Part shown: piece by piece, positions 23,964 through 32,000 of the stretch
Position numbering within the stretch: position 1 is the first letter of the stretch
Layout of the letters: each line of letters opens with the position of its first letter
Source: Promethearchaeum syntrophicum
Lineage (GTDB): Archaea > Asgardarchaeota > Lokiarchaeia > Sigyniarchaeales > Promethearchaeaceae
DNA length: 32,000 nt
NCBI RefSeq assembly: GCF_008000775.2
Contig: NZ_CP042905.2
Coordinates: forward strand, 1,050,001-1,082,000
Direction of reading: 5' to 3'
Translations under genes and position numbers: made by a program
The notes under the pieces: generated by a model
Seen by the model: only the letters and a program-made list of their open reading frames with translations
Database searches by the model: none
Told to the model about the DNA's origin: nothing

Positions 23964-24395
23964 ATGAATGTATTTGCAAAGGCATTAACAATTAAAGAAG
24001 CCTCCCAACTCGTTAGATCTATGAAGACTCCCAATGAAGTTGAGCAAAGAATTAACAAATTAAAAACTCTCTCTTCAATCAATGATTCTAAAAACAAATA
24101 CCACCTTTTAGGAAAATTAATAACTGAACTTCTTGCAATTTTTCCCAATACTATGCCAAAATTCTATCTAATAGAGAAAGGGGAAAAAGAATTTAGTTTA
24201 CAAGAAGAGTTTATAGAAAAAGTAATAGAAAACTTAAATAAAATCGGGCTAGTTCTTATAAATAAGATCGATAATAAAGTTGTTTTAAAATTTCCCAGCA
24301 TTCCGTTTTCAGCTATGAACGGGAAGCTTAATGTTTCACACCCAAACCCTATAAAAAATCGTCATGGAAGAAGTAAAAAAACCAAAAAGAAATGA
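23964..24395 (+). CDS. Hypothetical 143-aa protein with a basic C-terminal tail, immediately upstream of tldD
   Basis: The ORF ends 4 nt before ATG 24400 of tldD. It is preferred over antisense ORF 23894-24148. The in-frame upstream sequence encodes a Zn-ribbon-like CxxC...CxxC but has no canonical start (see findings). Confidence 0.5.
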   Translation: MNVFAKALTIKEASQLVRSMKTPNEVEQRINKLKTLSSINDSKNKYHLLGKLITELLAIFPNTMPKFYLIEKGEKEFSLQEEFIEKVIENLNKIGLVLINKIDNKVVLKFPSIPFSAMNGKLNVSHPNPIKNRHGRSKKTKKK

Positions 24396-24399
24396 TAAT

Positions 24400-25794
24400 A
24401 TGGAGCAAATTTCCTTAGAACCAAACGACCTGAGCTTTCTTCGTGATCTAGCTAATAATCAAGGTATTCAATATTTCAATGCTAGATTTACAAGCGGTCA
24501 AACCACATTATTCTCTTTACTTGATGGAATATCCAAATCCTCAAGCTCTGGGATTGGAAAAGGATTTTCCATCCAAGCTTACACCAGAGGAGGTTGGGGT
24601 CTCGCAGTTGGAAAAGATTTCACAAAGGCATCAATCGAAAGTATATTTATTAAAGCGAGTAAATTGGCAAAATTTAGTTCCAAATTTTCAAAAGGAAATT
24701 ATGTAATTAACCCGACTTCCAATTCTAAAATATATCATGAAATAAAACAAAAAATCCCTTTACTTTCAATTTCCCTTGATGAGAAAATGAAATTACTTCT
24801 CGATATTGAAAAAAATGCCCACATTGATTCCAGAATTGTATCTACTCTTATAAATTATTCAGATGGAGAGAGTGAGAAAATTACTTTCAATAATTTCGAC
24901 CAATTTATTAGAAGAAAAGAAAGCGGTTTACTACTTAATATGCAAGCAATTGCGAAGCAAAATGGAAAGCAAGAAGGCTATTTTCTGAATAAAGGCGGTT
25001 TGGGAGGTTATGAAATTTTACAAAAATCACAAAATATCGGTATAGAAGCAGCCAAAAACGCTTTAGAATTACTTGGCTCGAAACCTGCAAAACCTGGAAA
25101 ATTTGATATAATAATGGATCCTTCTTTAAGTGGTACATTTGTTCATGAAGCATTTGGTCATGCTGCTGAAGCCGATGGTGTAATCGCTGGGGAAAGTATA
25201 TTAGCGGATAAAATGAATAAGAAAATTGGAAAAGATATTGTTACCATTATCGATGATGGTTCAATCGAAGATCAATTTGGGTTCACACCTTATGATGATG
25301 AGGGTACTAAGGGCCAAAAAAATGTTATTGTAAAAGATGGTGTGTTAGTTGGTTTCATGCATAATTTGGAAACAGCTTCTAAAATGGGAGTAAAACCAAC
25401 AGGAAATGCCCGAGCTATGAATATTTCTAGTAGTCCACTTGTAAGGATGACAAATATATATCTAGAACCTGGAAACGCAACTTTAGAAGAAATGATTCAA
25501 GAAGTAAAAAATGGATTATTATGCGTTGGTTGGACTTATGGATATTGTGAAATAACGGGACAATTTATGTTTAAGATGGCAAAAGCTTATTTAATTGAAA
25601 ACGGAGAGAAAACACAAGTAATTAAAGATGCTGCTATAAGTGGGTTGACTTTATCGGTATTAAAACGTATAAAAATGCTGAGCAAAGATTATGAAATGGA
25701 TCCTGGTCATTGTGGGAAGGAAGGGCAATCAGTTTCTGTTGGAAGTGGCGGACCGTATACATTAATTAAAGATATGGTAATCGGAGGTCAATAA
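24400..25794 (+). CDS. tldD: TldD-family metalloprotease
   Basis: HExxxH metal-binding motif in FVHEAFGHAAEADG. About 465 aa. The ORF track start 24364 overlaps the upstream ORF; ATG 24400 (MEQISLEPNDL...) follows the upstream stop by 4 nt. Confidence 0.85.
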   Translation: MEQISLEPNDLSFLRDLANNQGIQYFNARFTSGQTTLFSLLDGISKSSSSGIGKGFSIQAYTRGGWGLAVGKDFTKASIESIFIKASKLAKFSSKFSKGNYVINPTSNSKIYHEIKQKIPLLSISLDEKMKLLLDIEKNAHIDSRIVSTLINYSDGESEKITFNNFDQFIRRKESGLLLNMQAIAKQNGKQEGYFLNKGGLGGYEILQKSQNIGIEAAKNALELLGSKPAKPGKFDIIMDPSLSGTFVHEAFGHAAEADGVIAGESILADKMNKKIGKDIVTIIDDGSIEDQFGFTPYDDEGTKGQKNVIVKDGVLVGFMHNLETASKMGVKPTGNARAMNISSSPLVRMTNIYLEPGNATLEEMIQEVKNGLLCVGWTYGYCEITGQFMFKMAKAYLIENGEKTQVIKDAAISGLTLSVLKRIKMLSKDYEMDPGHCGKEGQSVSVGSGGPYTLIKDMVIGGQ

Positions 25795-25797
25795 AAA

Positions 25798-27177
25798 ATG
25801 ACAAATAAATTATTATTTTTTAATCCCGACTATTTTGCATCATTATTCGAAAAAATATCAAAAAAATTGGATAAATATAATGGGATAAAGCACTATGAAA
25901 TGTATTCTTCATCGAATAAGCAAACAACCATTTCTTATGAAGAAGGATTTATCAAGAAAGCTTTTAAAAAGAATTCAAGTGGTATGGGTTTAAGATTAAT
26001 TGGGCTGAATGGAAAAGAGGGGATGACTTTTACATCGGATTACTCTGATTCAGCAATAGAACGTATCATTAAAGATGGAAGGATAATGATGAGAGTTTCT
26101 ACAGAAAACCCCGAATTTAAAAATCTTGCAATTCCTTCCAAAAATTATAATTCTGTTGAAGATATTTACGATCCTGAAATAGATAATTTAAACTTGGAGG
26201 AAATCAAGGATATAATTAATCCGATTTTTGATTTAAAAAAGAAAGAAATTGCTCTACATTCACTTTCGGGAAATTTTTCTTCATCAATTCAAAGTGTTTA
26301 TATTTTCAATTCAAATGGTATTAACCAAAACGAAAAAAAATCTTCCGTAAATATAAATTCAGAAATTTCTCTATTAGGAAATAGCGGATTTCCAAGTAGT
26401 GGGTTTAGCTGGCAATCAGAATCTCATTTAAAAGATTTATCAGTTGAAAATGTTGCAGAAAAAAGTTACCAAATGGCTTATCGTGGTTTAGATAAAATTT
26501 CTGTTGAAACTGGTAAATATCCTGTTCTTCTATCTCCATTAGCAGTGGCCTTTTTCCTAGTTGATCCTATATCCAAAGCAATTAATTCCGAAGCTGTTCA
26601 ACATAAAATGTCATTTTTAGGGGATCATTTAAATGAAGATATTGGTGTTAAATCATTCACTTTAATTGATGATCCTCATATTCCTGGAAAACTAAGTACA
26701 TCCTCTTTTGATTGTGAAGGTGTTGCTACTAAACCAATTAAAATTATAGATAAAGGCGTTCTTAAGGATTTTTATTATAATTCTTTTACTGCAGGAATAG
26801 AAGGGATTGAAACAAATGGTCACGCTTCAAGATCTCATTACTCGAGTACTTTAGGGATTTCCAATCATAATTTAATTATGTCTGAAGGAAAAGAAAAATG
26901 GGAAGAAATTTTATCTGGAATTAAAAAAGGGATTTATTTTGATTATACTGGAGATAGTCCGAATTATGTCTCGGGAGATTTTTCAGGATTAATTTTAACA
27001 GGGAGTCTCATTGAAGATGGAAAAATTACGAAATCACTATCGGAAGCATTAATCGGGATTAATTTGTTAGATGCTTTTAAAAAAATAGAAACGATAAGTA
27101 AGGAACGAATATGGATTGATGAAGCCTACGTTCCTTGGGTGAAATTATCCGAAGCAACGATCTCCGGTCGGAAATAA
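25798..27177 (+). CDS. pmbA: PmbA/TldE-family protein (TldD partner subunit)
   Basis: 459-aa paralogue-like sequence lacking the HExxxH motif, 3 nt downstream of tldD. This is the classic TldD/TldE gene pair. Confidence 0.8.
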   Translation: MTNKLLFFNPDYFASLFEKISKKLDKYNGIKHYEMYSSSNKQTTISYEEGFIKKAFKKNSSGMGLRLIGLNGKEGMTFTSDYSDSAIERIIKDGRIMMRVSTENPEFKNLAIPSKNYNSVEDIYDPEIDNLNLEEIKDIINPIFDLKKKEIALHSLSGNFSSSIQSVYIFNSNGINQNEKKSSVNINSEISLLGNSGFPSSGFSWQSESHLKDLSVENVAEKSYQMAYRGLDKISVETGKYPVLLSPLAVAFFLVDPISKAINSEAVQHKMSFLGDHLNEDIGVKSFTLIDDPHIPGKLSTSSFDCEGVATKPIKIIDKGVLKDFYYNSFTAGIEGIETNGHASRSHYSSTLGISNHNLIMSEGKEKWEEILSGIKKGIYFDYTGDSPNYVSGDFSGLILTGSLIEDGKITKSLSEALIGINLLDAFKKIETISKERIWIDEAYVPWVKLSEATISGRK

Positions 27178-27181
27178 CCAA

Positions 27182-27868
27182 TTATTGCTCCCCTTGTTTG
27201 ATATCCTCCGGAAAAAGCAAACTACTTGCTAATAGAAATATATTCAAAGATAACATAATCAACCATTGCCAAGTAGGTCCTCCAAAAGTCCTAAATAATA
27301 AATATACTCCGATTAATTCTACAATAACTAAGGAGAAATAAAAGGGGTGCTTCATTGTGCGATTTATTTTTGGTGTTCTCAAGTATATTATTGTGATCCC
27401 AAGAAATACTAAGGTTGCCGACACAACATGACCCAAAAATGAAAAAGTTGCCCCAAACCAATGCATGAACCCAGAAAGTTCTGGATTTGGCCAAAGACCA
27501 TCGAAAATACCTACAAATGCTACATTTATTAGACTAAATTCAAAAACAATCCATAAAATGAATGCAAATGTTTTACTCACTTTTTTAAACTGTTGGAATA
27601 GATAGAAATTCCATGCAGTTCCAATTATAGGAAAAAGACAAAAACCAATAAGAAATATCCATGCTCCAATATTCCCTTCCAACCGTCCTGCACCAAGTGT
27701 GCTTATGTATTGAGTGAATGGAACATATTTCCAACTGGCTTCCAACCATATCGGTCTTAATGCCCACGCAATCAAGAGCGTGCCTAAAAATTCCGCAATT
27801 AAAATTAAACATAATCGTTTCCAAAATTTATTGTCATATCTTCCTACAAAAAAATCTGTGATTTTCAT
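27182..27868 (-). CDS. Polytopic membrane protein (possibly DUF998-like)
   Basis: 228 aa with about 6 hydrophobic segments. YISTLGAG is reminiscent of DUF998; this is a weak assignment from memory. Confidence 0.6.
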   Translation of the reverse strand: MKITDFFVGRYDNKFWKRLCLILIAEFLGTLLIAWALRPIWLEASWKYVPFTQYISTLGAGRLEGNIGAWIFLIGFCLFPIIGTAWNFYLFQQFKKVSKTFAFILWIVFEFSLINVAFVGIFDGLWPNPELSGFMHWFGATFSFLGHVVSATLVFLGITIIYLRTPKINRTMKHPFYFSLVIVELIGVYLLFRTFGGPTWQWLIMLSLNIFLLASSLLFPEDIKQGEQ

Positions 27869-27947
27869 TTTTATTGATTATATTTTTTCTTTTTCTTTTT
27901 TATAAAATTTTCTCAGAAAAAGCTAGTTCAGTGTTATTCTACAATTT

Positions 27948-28472
27948 TTATAAATATACTGCAAATCTTTGAATCAAAATATATTCTGGAAAATAATCCC
28001 ATCCATTTTCTGTAAATGTCCACAATTCAAGGATAATTGACTGGTTGAGACCAGCTTCAATAAATGAGACATCGATCATATCAGAAATTATGGATTGTTC
28101 ATTTTCCAATGTATAAGTATAATTGAATAAATAAGATGCATTGATATTTTCAGAAACTCCTATACTTCTATTAATGGATATATTTGAATTTCCTCGATAA
28201 ACTCTCACTGAAAAATTTTCAGTATATCCTAATTGGTTTTCAATAAAAGTATAAATGGAAACATTTTCTCCCACTGTGGAATTCGTTTGAAAGTCTTTCA
28301 TTTCCTGATTTTCGTTTAAAAGAAAAAAAAGTAAATCTGGTTCTTCAGTTTTTGTAAAAGTATAAATCATGGCTCCAGAAACGACAATAATTCCGGCGAT
28401 TAGAACTATTTTGGTTATTTTTTCTAATGTTAGCCCTGATTTCCAATCAAAATTTTCACTATCTTCAGACAT
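27948..28472 (-). CDS. Membrane-anchored hypothetical protein (possibly DUF1616-like ectodomain)
   Basis: 174 aa. One TM segment (ITKIVLIAGIIVVSGAMIY) followed by a beta-rich, N-x-S/T-rich domain. Its start overlaps the stop of the upstream SDR gene by 8 nt. Confidence 0.6.
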   Translation of the reverse strand: MSEDSENFDWKSGLTLEKITKIVLIAGIIVVSGAMIYTFTKTEEPDLLFFLLNENQEMKDFQTNSTVGENVSIYTFIENQLGYTENFSVRVYRGNSNISINRSIGVSENINASYLFNYTYTLENEQSIISDMIDVSFIEAGLNQSIILELWTFTENGWDYFPEYILIQRFAVYL

Positions 28473-29523
28473 TTTGCATCTTATACCATTCTATGGTTTT
28501 CTTTAAACCAGTTTCTAAATCCGTTGTAGGTTCCCATTTAAGAATTTTCTTGGCCCGTGTGAGAATTGGTTGCCTCCTAATTGGATCATCTTTCGGCATT
28601 TTCTGATATATTATTTCTGAATTTGAATTTGTTAATCGTTTGGTTAATTCTGCTAATTCTAAAATAGTAGTTACTTTGTTATGTCCTAAATTTATTGGAA
28701 TTCCTCTCGCTTCAGGAATTAATGTATCTTTCAAAATCCCTTCAACCTCATCAACAACATACGTGAAACAGCGAGTTTGTGATCCATCCCCAAAAACTGT
28801 TATAGGATCATCATTTAGACATTGTTCTATAAAATTAGGTAAAGCTCGCCCTAATTCTTCTCCTGCGCGAATTCTTGGACCATATGTATTAAAAATACGC
28901 ACAAATCGTACATCGATATTATGTTGTAATTCGTAAGCTTTTGCAAATGCTTCTCCTGCTCGTTTTGATTCATCGTAACAAGATCTCGGTCCGATTGTGT
29001 TCACATTTCCAAAATAACTTTCAGGTGTTGGAACTTTATCTGCAGGTGGATTTCCGTAAGTTTCTGATGTTGAAGCGTAAAAAAATTTTGCATTGTGATC
29101 TTTAGAACAACCCAGCGCATTCATTGTGCCTAATGTGTTCGATTTTAAAATTGAAATAGGAAATTTCTCAAATTCGAATGGTGAGGCACGACTTGCTAGA
29201 TGCATTACTATATCAAATCGTTCATCAATACTTGGATAACAAATTTTATTTGGTATTATTTTTCCGAAATATATTGGGATTGAAATATCGTGTTTGATGA
29301 ATTTGAAATTCGGATTTTTTTCTAAATGTGAGATATTCTCCCAACGTCCAGAGCTTAAATTGTCTAAAGAAACAACTGAATTTGCATTCATCTCTAATAA
29401 AACTTCACAGATCCATGATCCAATGAATCCAGCTCCCCCAGTCACTAATATATTCTTTCCCTTGAATGAATTTTTTTCAAGCCGATTTATAATTTCTTCT
29501 AGTTCTTTTTGATGATCGTACAT
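28465..29523 (-). CDS. Extended-SDR NAD-dependent sugar-nucleotide epimerase/dehydratase, UDP-glucuronate decarboxylase (UXS)-like
   Basis: Rossmann motif ILVTGGAGFIGSW. Catalytic YDESKRAGE (YxxxK). TSETYGNP...NTIGPRSCYDESKR resembles UXS/RmlB-type enzymes. Confidence 0.85.
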   Translation of the reverse strand: MYDHQKELEEIINRLEKNSFKGKNILVTGGAGFIGSWICEVLLEMNANSVVSLDNLSSGRWENISHLEKNPNFKFIKHDISIPIYFGKIIPNKICYPSIDERFDIVMHLASRASPFEFEKFPISILKSNTLGTMNALGCSKDHNAKFFYASTSETYGNPPADKVPTPESYFGNVNTIGPRSCYDESKRAGEAFAKAYELQHNIDVRFVRIFNTYGPRIRAGEELGRALPNFIEQCLNDDPITVFGDGSQTRCFTYVVDEVEGILKDTLIPEARGIPINLGHNKVTTILELAELTKRLTNSNSEIIYQKMPKDDPIRRQPILTRAKKILKWEPTTDLETGLKKTIEWYKMQNV

Positions 29524-29587
29524 TCTATTGTATAATCAAGTAAATAAAAAATAAAAATTTAAACATTCAAATCAATTTAAATTTAGG

Positions 29588-30229
29588 ATGAGAAAAAAAG
29601 AAAACACTAATAATTCAAAGAGAGAAGATATTTCATTTTTCCAACGAATTTCTCCATTTAACAAATCAATCATGATCCAAATAATTTTTCTCTCAATTTC
29701 TATTATATCTGCTTTTTTGGCTTTATACTACATTTCCTATCAAGAAAGTATTGATATTTTAATTTATGAAGGAATTTTACCTAGTAATCTTAATTGGATG
29801 TTATATTTTATTGGAGTATCTTCTTTAATTCTTATCGTGATACTTTTTATGCCTTTAGATGATTCTTTTAACCTAAAAAGAGAACTTTTAGATAGAATTC
29901 CGGATTTGAAGGAAGAAATTGAAGCCAAATTTAACGAAGAATTGTTTAAAGATTCTATAAACCTTATTGAAACATATTTTGATGAATTAGATTCAAATCA
30001 CATATTCAAAAAGAACGAAGAATTACTTCGTCTCTACAAACAAGCTCAAATCAATAAAGAATTTAAAAATACGTTAAGGAAAATTAATGAATTGTTTTTA
30101 GTTAATGCATGGGATGAATTCAATCAAGAAGTTCATTCAGCTTTGATAATTCTTGAAAATAATTATGAAAATATTTTGGAAAGTCAAAAAATTAAATTAG
30201 AAGAATTTTCAAAACGTTCAAGATTCTAA
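29588..30229 (+). CDS. Hypothetical membrane protein with a C-terminal helical/coiled-coil region
   Basis: 213 aa. Two hydrophobic segments (IMIQIIFLSISIISAFLALYYI; WMLYFIGVSSLILIVILFM) followed by a charged helical region. No family recognised. Confidence 0.55.
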   Translation: MRKKENTNNSKREDISFFQRISPFNKSIMIQIIFLSISIISAFLALYYISYQESIDILIYEGILPSNLNWMLYFIGVSSLILIVILFMPLDDSFNLKRELLDRIPDLKEEIEAKFNEELFKDSINLIETYFDELDSNHIFKKNEELLRLYKQAQINKEFKNTLRKINELFLVNAWDEFNQEVHSALIILENNYENILESQKIKLEEFSKRSRF

Positions 30230-30670
30230 AGTTAATCTAACCAATTTTTTAAGAGTTTCATCAAATTTTCGTTGAATTTCATCCAAATCTGTGAGGATTT
30301 TAGTGAATTCATCAAAAATCTCCCATTTATACAAAACGATTAACTTTATACTATTCGCTTCTTTTGGGAAATAATATTGGGTTAATTTTATTCCATTAAA
30401 ATTCATGGAAACTAACATTTTTCTTGCTATCATAATTAATAGATCAGAAGATTGTCGCGTTAATAAAATACCTAACAAATTTAGAGATTTTCCTTGAAAA
30501 AAAATATAAGGATAATATTTCTTTTTACTTTGAAATATGATAATTTGTTCAATCGCTTCGATTTTCTTATCAATCTGAAGAGGGATAAGTTTTCCTTGCA
30601 CACTTTTAGATGATTCTTGCGTTTTAACTAATTTTAATAATATTTTAGTCGATTTATTCACATATATCAA
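30218..30670 (-). CDS. Hypothetical soluble 150-aa protein
   Basis: ORF with a non-ATG (TTG/GTG) start. It overlaps the convergent 29588 gene by 12 nt. No motif recognised. Confidence 0.4.
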   Translation of the reverse strand: MIYVNKSTKILLKLVKTQESSKSVQGKLIPLQIDKKIEAIEQIIIFQSKKKYYPYIFFQGKSLNLLGILLTRQSSDLLIMIARKMLVSMNFNGIKLTQYYFPKEANSIKLIVLYKWEIFDEFTKILTDLDEIQRKFDETLKKLVRLTLES

Positions 30671-30709
30671 TATAAAAGAAAATAAAAAAAGTTTTTAGCT
30701 TGATTCTAA

Positions 30710-31261
30710 TTAGAAATTCGTGGAAAACATTGCTGCCAATCCACCGAAGAACGCTCCATTGAAAATTGCAGCTAAAATTATAATAAGATATGGTGTATGA
30801 TACATGCTTGGGACTATTGTTGCTCCAATTGCAGTTACCGATGAAATTCCTAAAGCTGGAATCAATATAAATATTATAGGCAGTACTGATAAAATGAAAA
30901 TTGCTAACATCAGTCCGAAAAATGCAGATTTACTTGATTCATTTGATGATTTACCAGCAAATATTGCTGCAACTAATCCTGGAACTAACACCCAAACCAT
31001 TCCAAAAATATTTGTTAGAACTGGGTAAGGATTTGCTCCCATATTTACATGATACATCAAAGATGTAAAGACATCAGCTTGTACTCCACCTGGGCTTAAT
31101 AAAGCGGTAAAGAAACCCCAGAGATCATCACCGATCAAACCAAAGAATGCTCCAATAGTTGCACCTCCAACTCCACCTACTGCTGCGTAGACGAATAGGA
31201 AGATAGCGTTCAATAGGAAATATATACCTATACTAATACCAAAAGTTTTTCCAAAACCCAT
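30710..31261 (-). CDS. Gly/Ala-rich polytopic membrane protein, unknown function
   Basis: 183 aa with about 5 hydrophobic segments containing GxxxG-like strings (AAVGGVGGATIGAFFGLIG; NGAFFGGLAAMF). Confidence 0.6.
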   Translation of the reverse strand: MGFGKTFGISIGIYFLLNAIFLFVYAAVGGVGGATIGAFFGLIGDDLWGFFTALLSPGGVQADVFTSLMYHVNMGANPYPVLTNIFGMVWVLVPGLVAAIFAGKSSNESSKSAFFGLMLAIFILSVLPIIFILIPALGISSVTAIGATIVPSMYHTPYLIIILAAIFNGAFFGGLAAMFSTNF

Positions 31262-31434
31262 TTTAATTTACTCCAATTATTGATTTAATTACTTATTATA
31301 ATAATCAACACGAATATTAATATAATTTTGGAAGTGATGAATTAAAAATATATGCGAATAATCTGATTTTACTGAAGATAGGAGTGGAAATTTAGAAAAA
31401 TAAAAAAAAAATGAAAATATTTTTCTTAAAATTC

Positions 31435-31965
31435 TCAGTGTATTGTTATTGTAACTCCAGATGACAGTGCAGTGAACATTACGATAGTTATTATTAGTGC
31501 TGCAAGTAAGAATGATAATTGACGTTTTTTAGGATCCATATCTTCATCAGCAGAATACCCAATAAAACCAACCATTACAAAAATCAAACCGAAATTGACT
31601 CCAACTCTCGCAATATTTTCAAATATCACCTCTTGAAATCTCATCCAATCTGCTTTAGCATATATCTCTCTATCTCTTTCGAGGTATTCTTGGTATCCAT
31701 AATCACCTCTCCAGTATCCCAAATCATTTTCATGTAACTGATAGTTTTCCCAGTCATAGGAATTGTTTGCCAGAGAAATACTTATCAATGCTGTGGTTCC
31801 AAAAATTATTGCAATTATCATGCCTCCAATAATAAATTTGGTTGCTTTCCTTCGATCAATATCAATTAATCTGTCCCATAAGCTTACTTCTTCATTTTCT
31901 TTAGCGACTTTTTTAATAGGGTTATCTGCAATGATCGCTTTTTTACTTGTTGTTTTTTTTGCCAT
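31435..31965 (-). CDS. Hypothetical membrane protein with a basic N-terminus, aromatic-rich loop and 3 TM segments
   Basis: 176 aa. KKTTSKKAIIADNPIKK N-terminus, TM segment FIIGGMIIAIIFGTTALISI, W/Y-rich loop (YDWENYQLHENDLGYWRGDYGYQEY), then two more TM segments. Confidence 0.6.
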   Translation of the reverse strand: MAKKTTSKKAIIADNPIKKVAKENEEVSLWDRLIDIDRRKATKFIIGGMIIAIIFGTTALISISLANNSYDWENYQLHENDLGYWRGDYGYQEYLERDREIYAKADWMRFQEVIFENIARVGVNFGLIFVMVGFIGYSADEDMDPKKRQLSFLLAALIITIVMFTALSSGVTITIH

Positions 31966-32000
31966 ATCTTATCCACTCCTGAATTTTTTAATGGAATAGT

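Noticed and set aside
23894-24148. ORF 23894-24148 (-), 84 aa
   Set aside because: It competes with the plus-strand ORF 23964-24395, which abuts tldD with a 4-nt gap and has a more protein-like sequence. It cannot be fully excluded.
24364-24399. Longer TldD start at ATG 24364
   Set aside because: It would overlap the upstream ORF by 32 nt and add a Lys-rich leader (MEEVKKPKRNDN). ATG 24400 follows the upstream stop by 4 nt. Either start remains possible.
24479-25153. ORFs 24479-24706 (+) and 24935-25153 (-) within tldD
   Set aside because: They are out of frame or antisense to the gene carrying the HExxxH motif.
27135-27905. ORFs 27135-27341 (+), 27291-27494 (-), 27585-27824 (-), 27714-27905 (+)
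   Set aside because: They all overlap the 228-aa polytopic membrane protein frame (27182-27868) or the pmbA 3' end. The chosen frame gives regular TM segments and the others do not.
28640-29512. ORFs 28640-28936 (+) and 29294-29512 (+) within the SDR gene
   Set aside because: They are antisense to a gene with clear GxxGxxG and YxxxK motifs.
30804-31999. ORFs 30804-31028 (+), 31519-31737 (+), 31763-31999 (+)
   Set aside because: They are antisense to the minus-strand membrane-protein ORFs, whose hydrophobic periodicity is more convincing. ORF 31763-31999 also runs to the window edge.
1-32000. Search by eye for CRISPR arrays, tRNA/rRNA genes, transposases, integrases, terminal inverted repeats
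   Set aside because: I found no regularly spaced direct repeats, no cloverleaf-compatible GC-rich 70-90 nt islands, and no DDE or tyrosine-recombinase-like ORFs. Absence was judged by eye only, so tRNAscan/Infernal should confirm it.

Overview
AT-rich (about 30% GC by eye, not computed), gene-dense archaeal chromosomal segment. I can support about 30 protein genes and see no rRNA, tRNA, CRISPR array, transposase or integrase. Recognisable housekeeping genes: the 3' end of FEN1 (with PIP box), CDC48/VCP, a purB-purM pair, a TldD/PmbA protease pair, a UXS-like sugar-nucleotide SDR, a class I glutamine amidotransferase, an MBL-fold hydrolase, a YfcE-type phosphoesterase, a CPBP protease and a secreted M6 (InhA-like) metalloprotease. 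A Rab-like small GTPase lies convergent to a Roadblock/LC7 gene. Together with archaeal replication and proteostasis genes and an N/K/I-rich proteome, this suggests an Asgard (Loki-type) archaeon; that assignment is inference only. The best candidate for an undescribed system is at 3130-10771. There an orphan HerA-like ATPase is transcribed divergently from a tightly coupled three-gene operon. The operon encodes a 456-aa protein with three winged-helix-like regions, a YdjI/COG4260-type SPFH protein, and a 1133-aa protein. The 1133-aa protein combines an extracellular parallel beta-helix, a duplicated TM hairpin, a Lys-rich linker, a large unassigned cytoplasmic region and a terminal zinc ribbon. 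A near-perfect 24-bp palindrome abuts the operon's TATA box. Other items worth a second look: a GC-rich 10-bp-stem hairpin with three CCUCC/GGAGG motifs after the MBL gene, a Zn-ribbon-like in-frame extension with no canonical start upstream of the TldD-linked ORF, and a block of small unassigned membrane proteins next to the sugar-nucleotide gene. All family assignments come from motif reading and memory; no searches were run.
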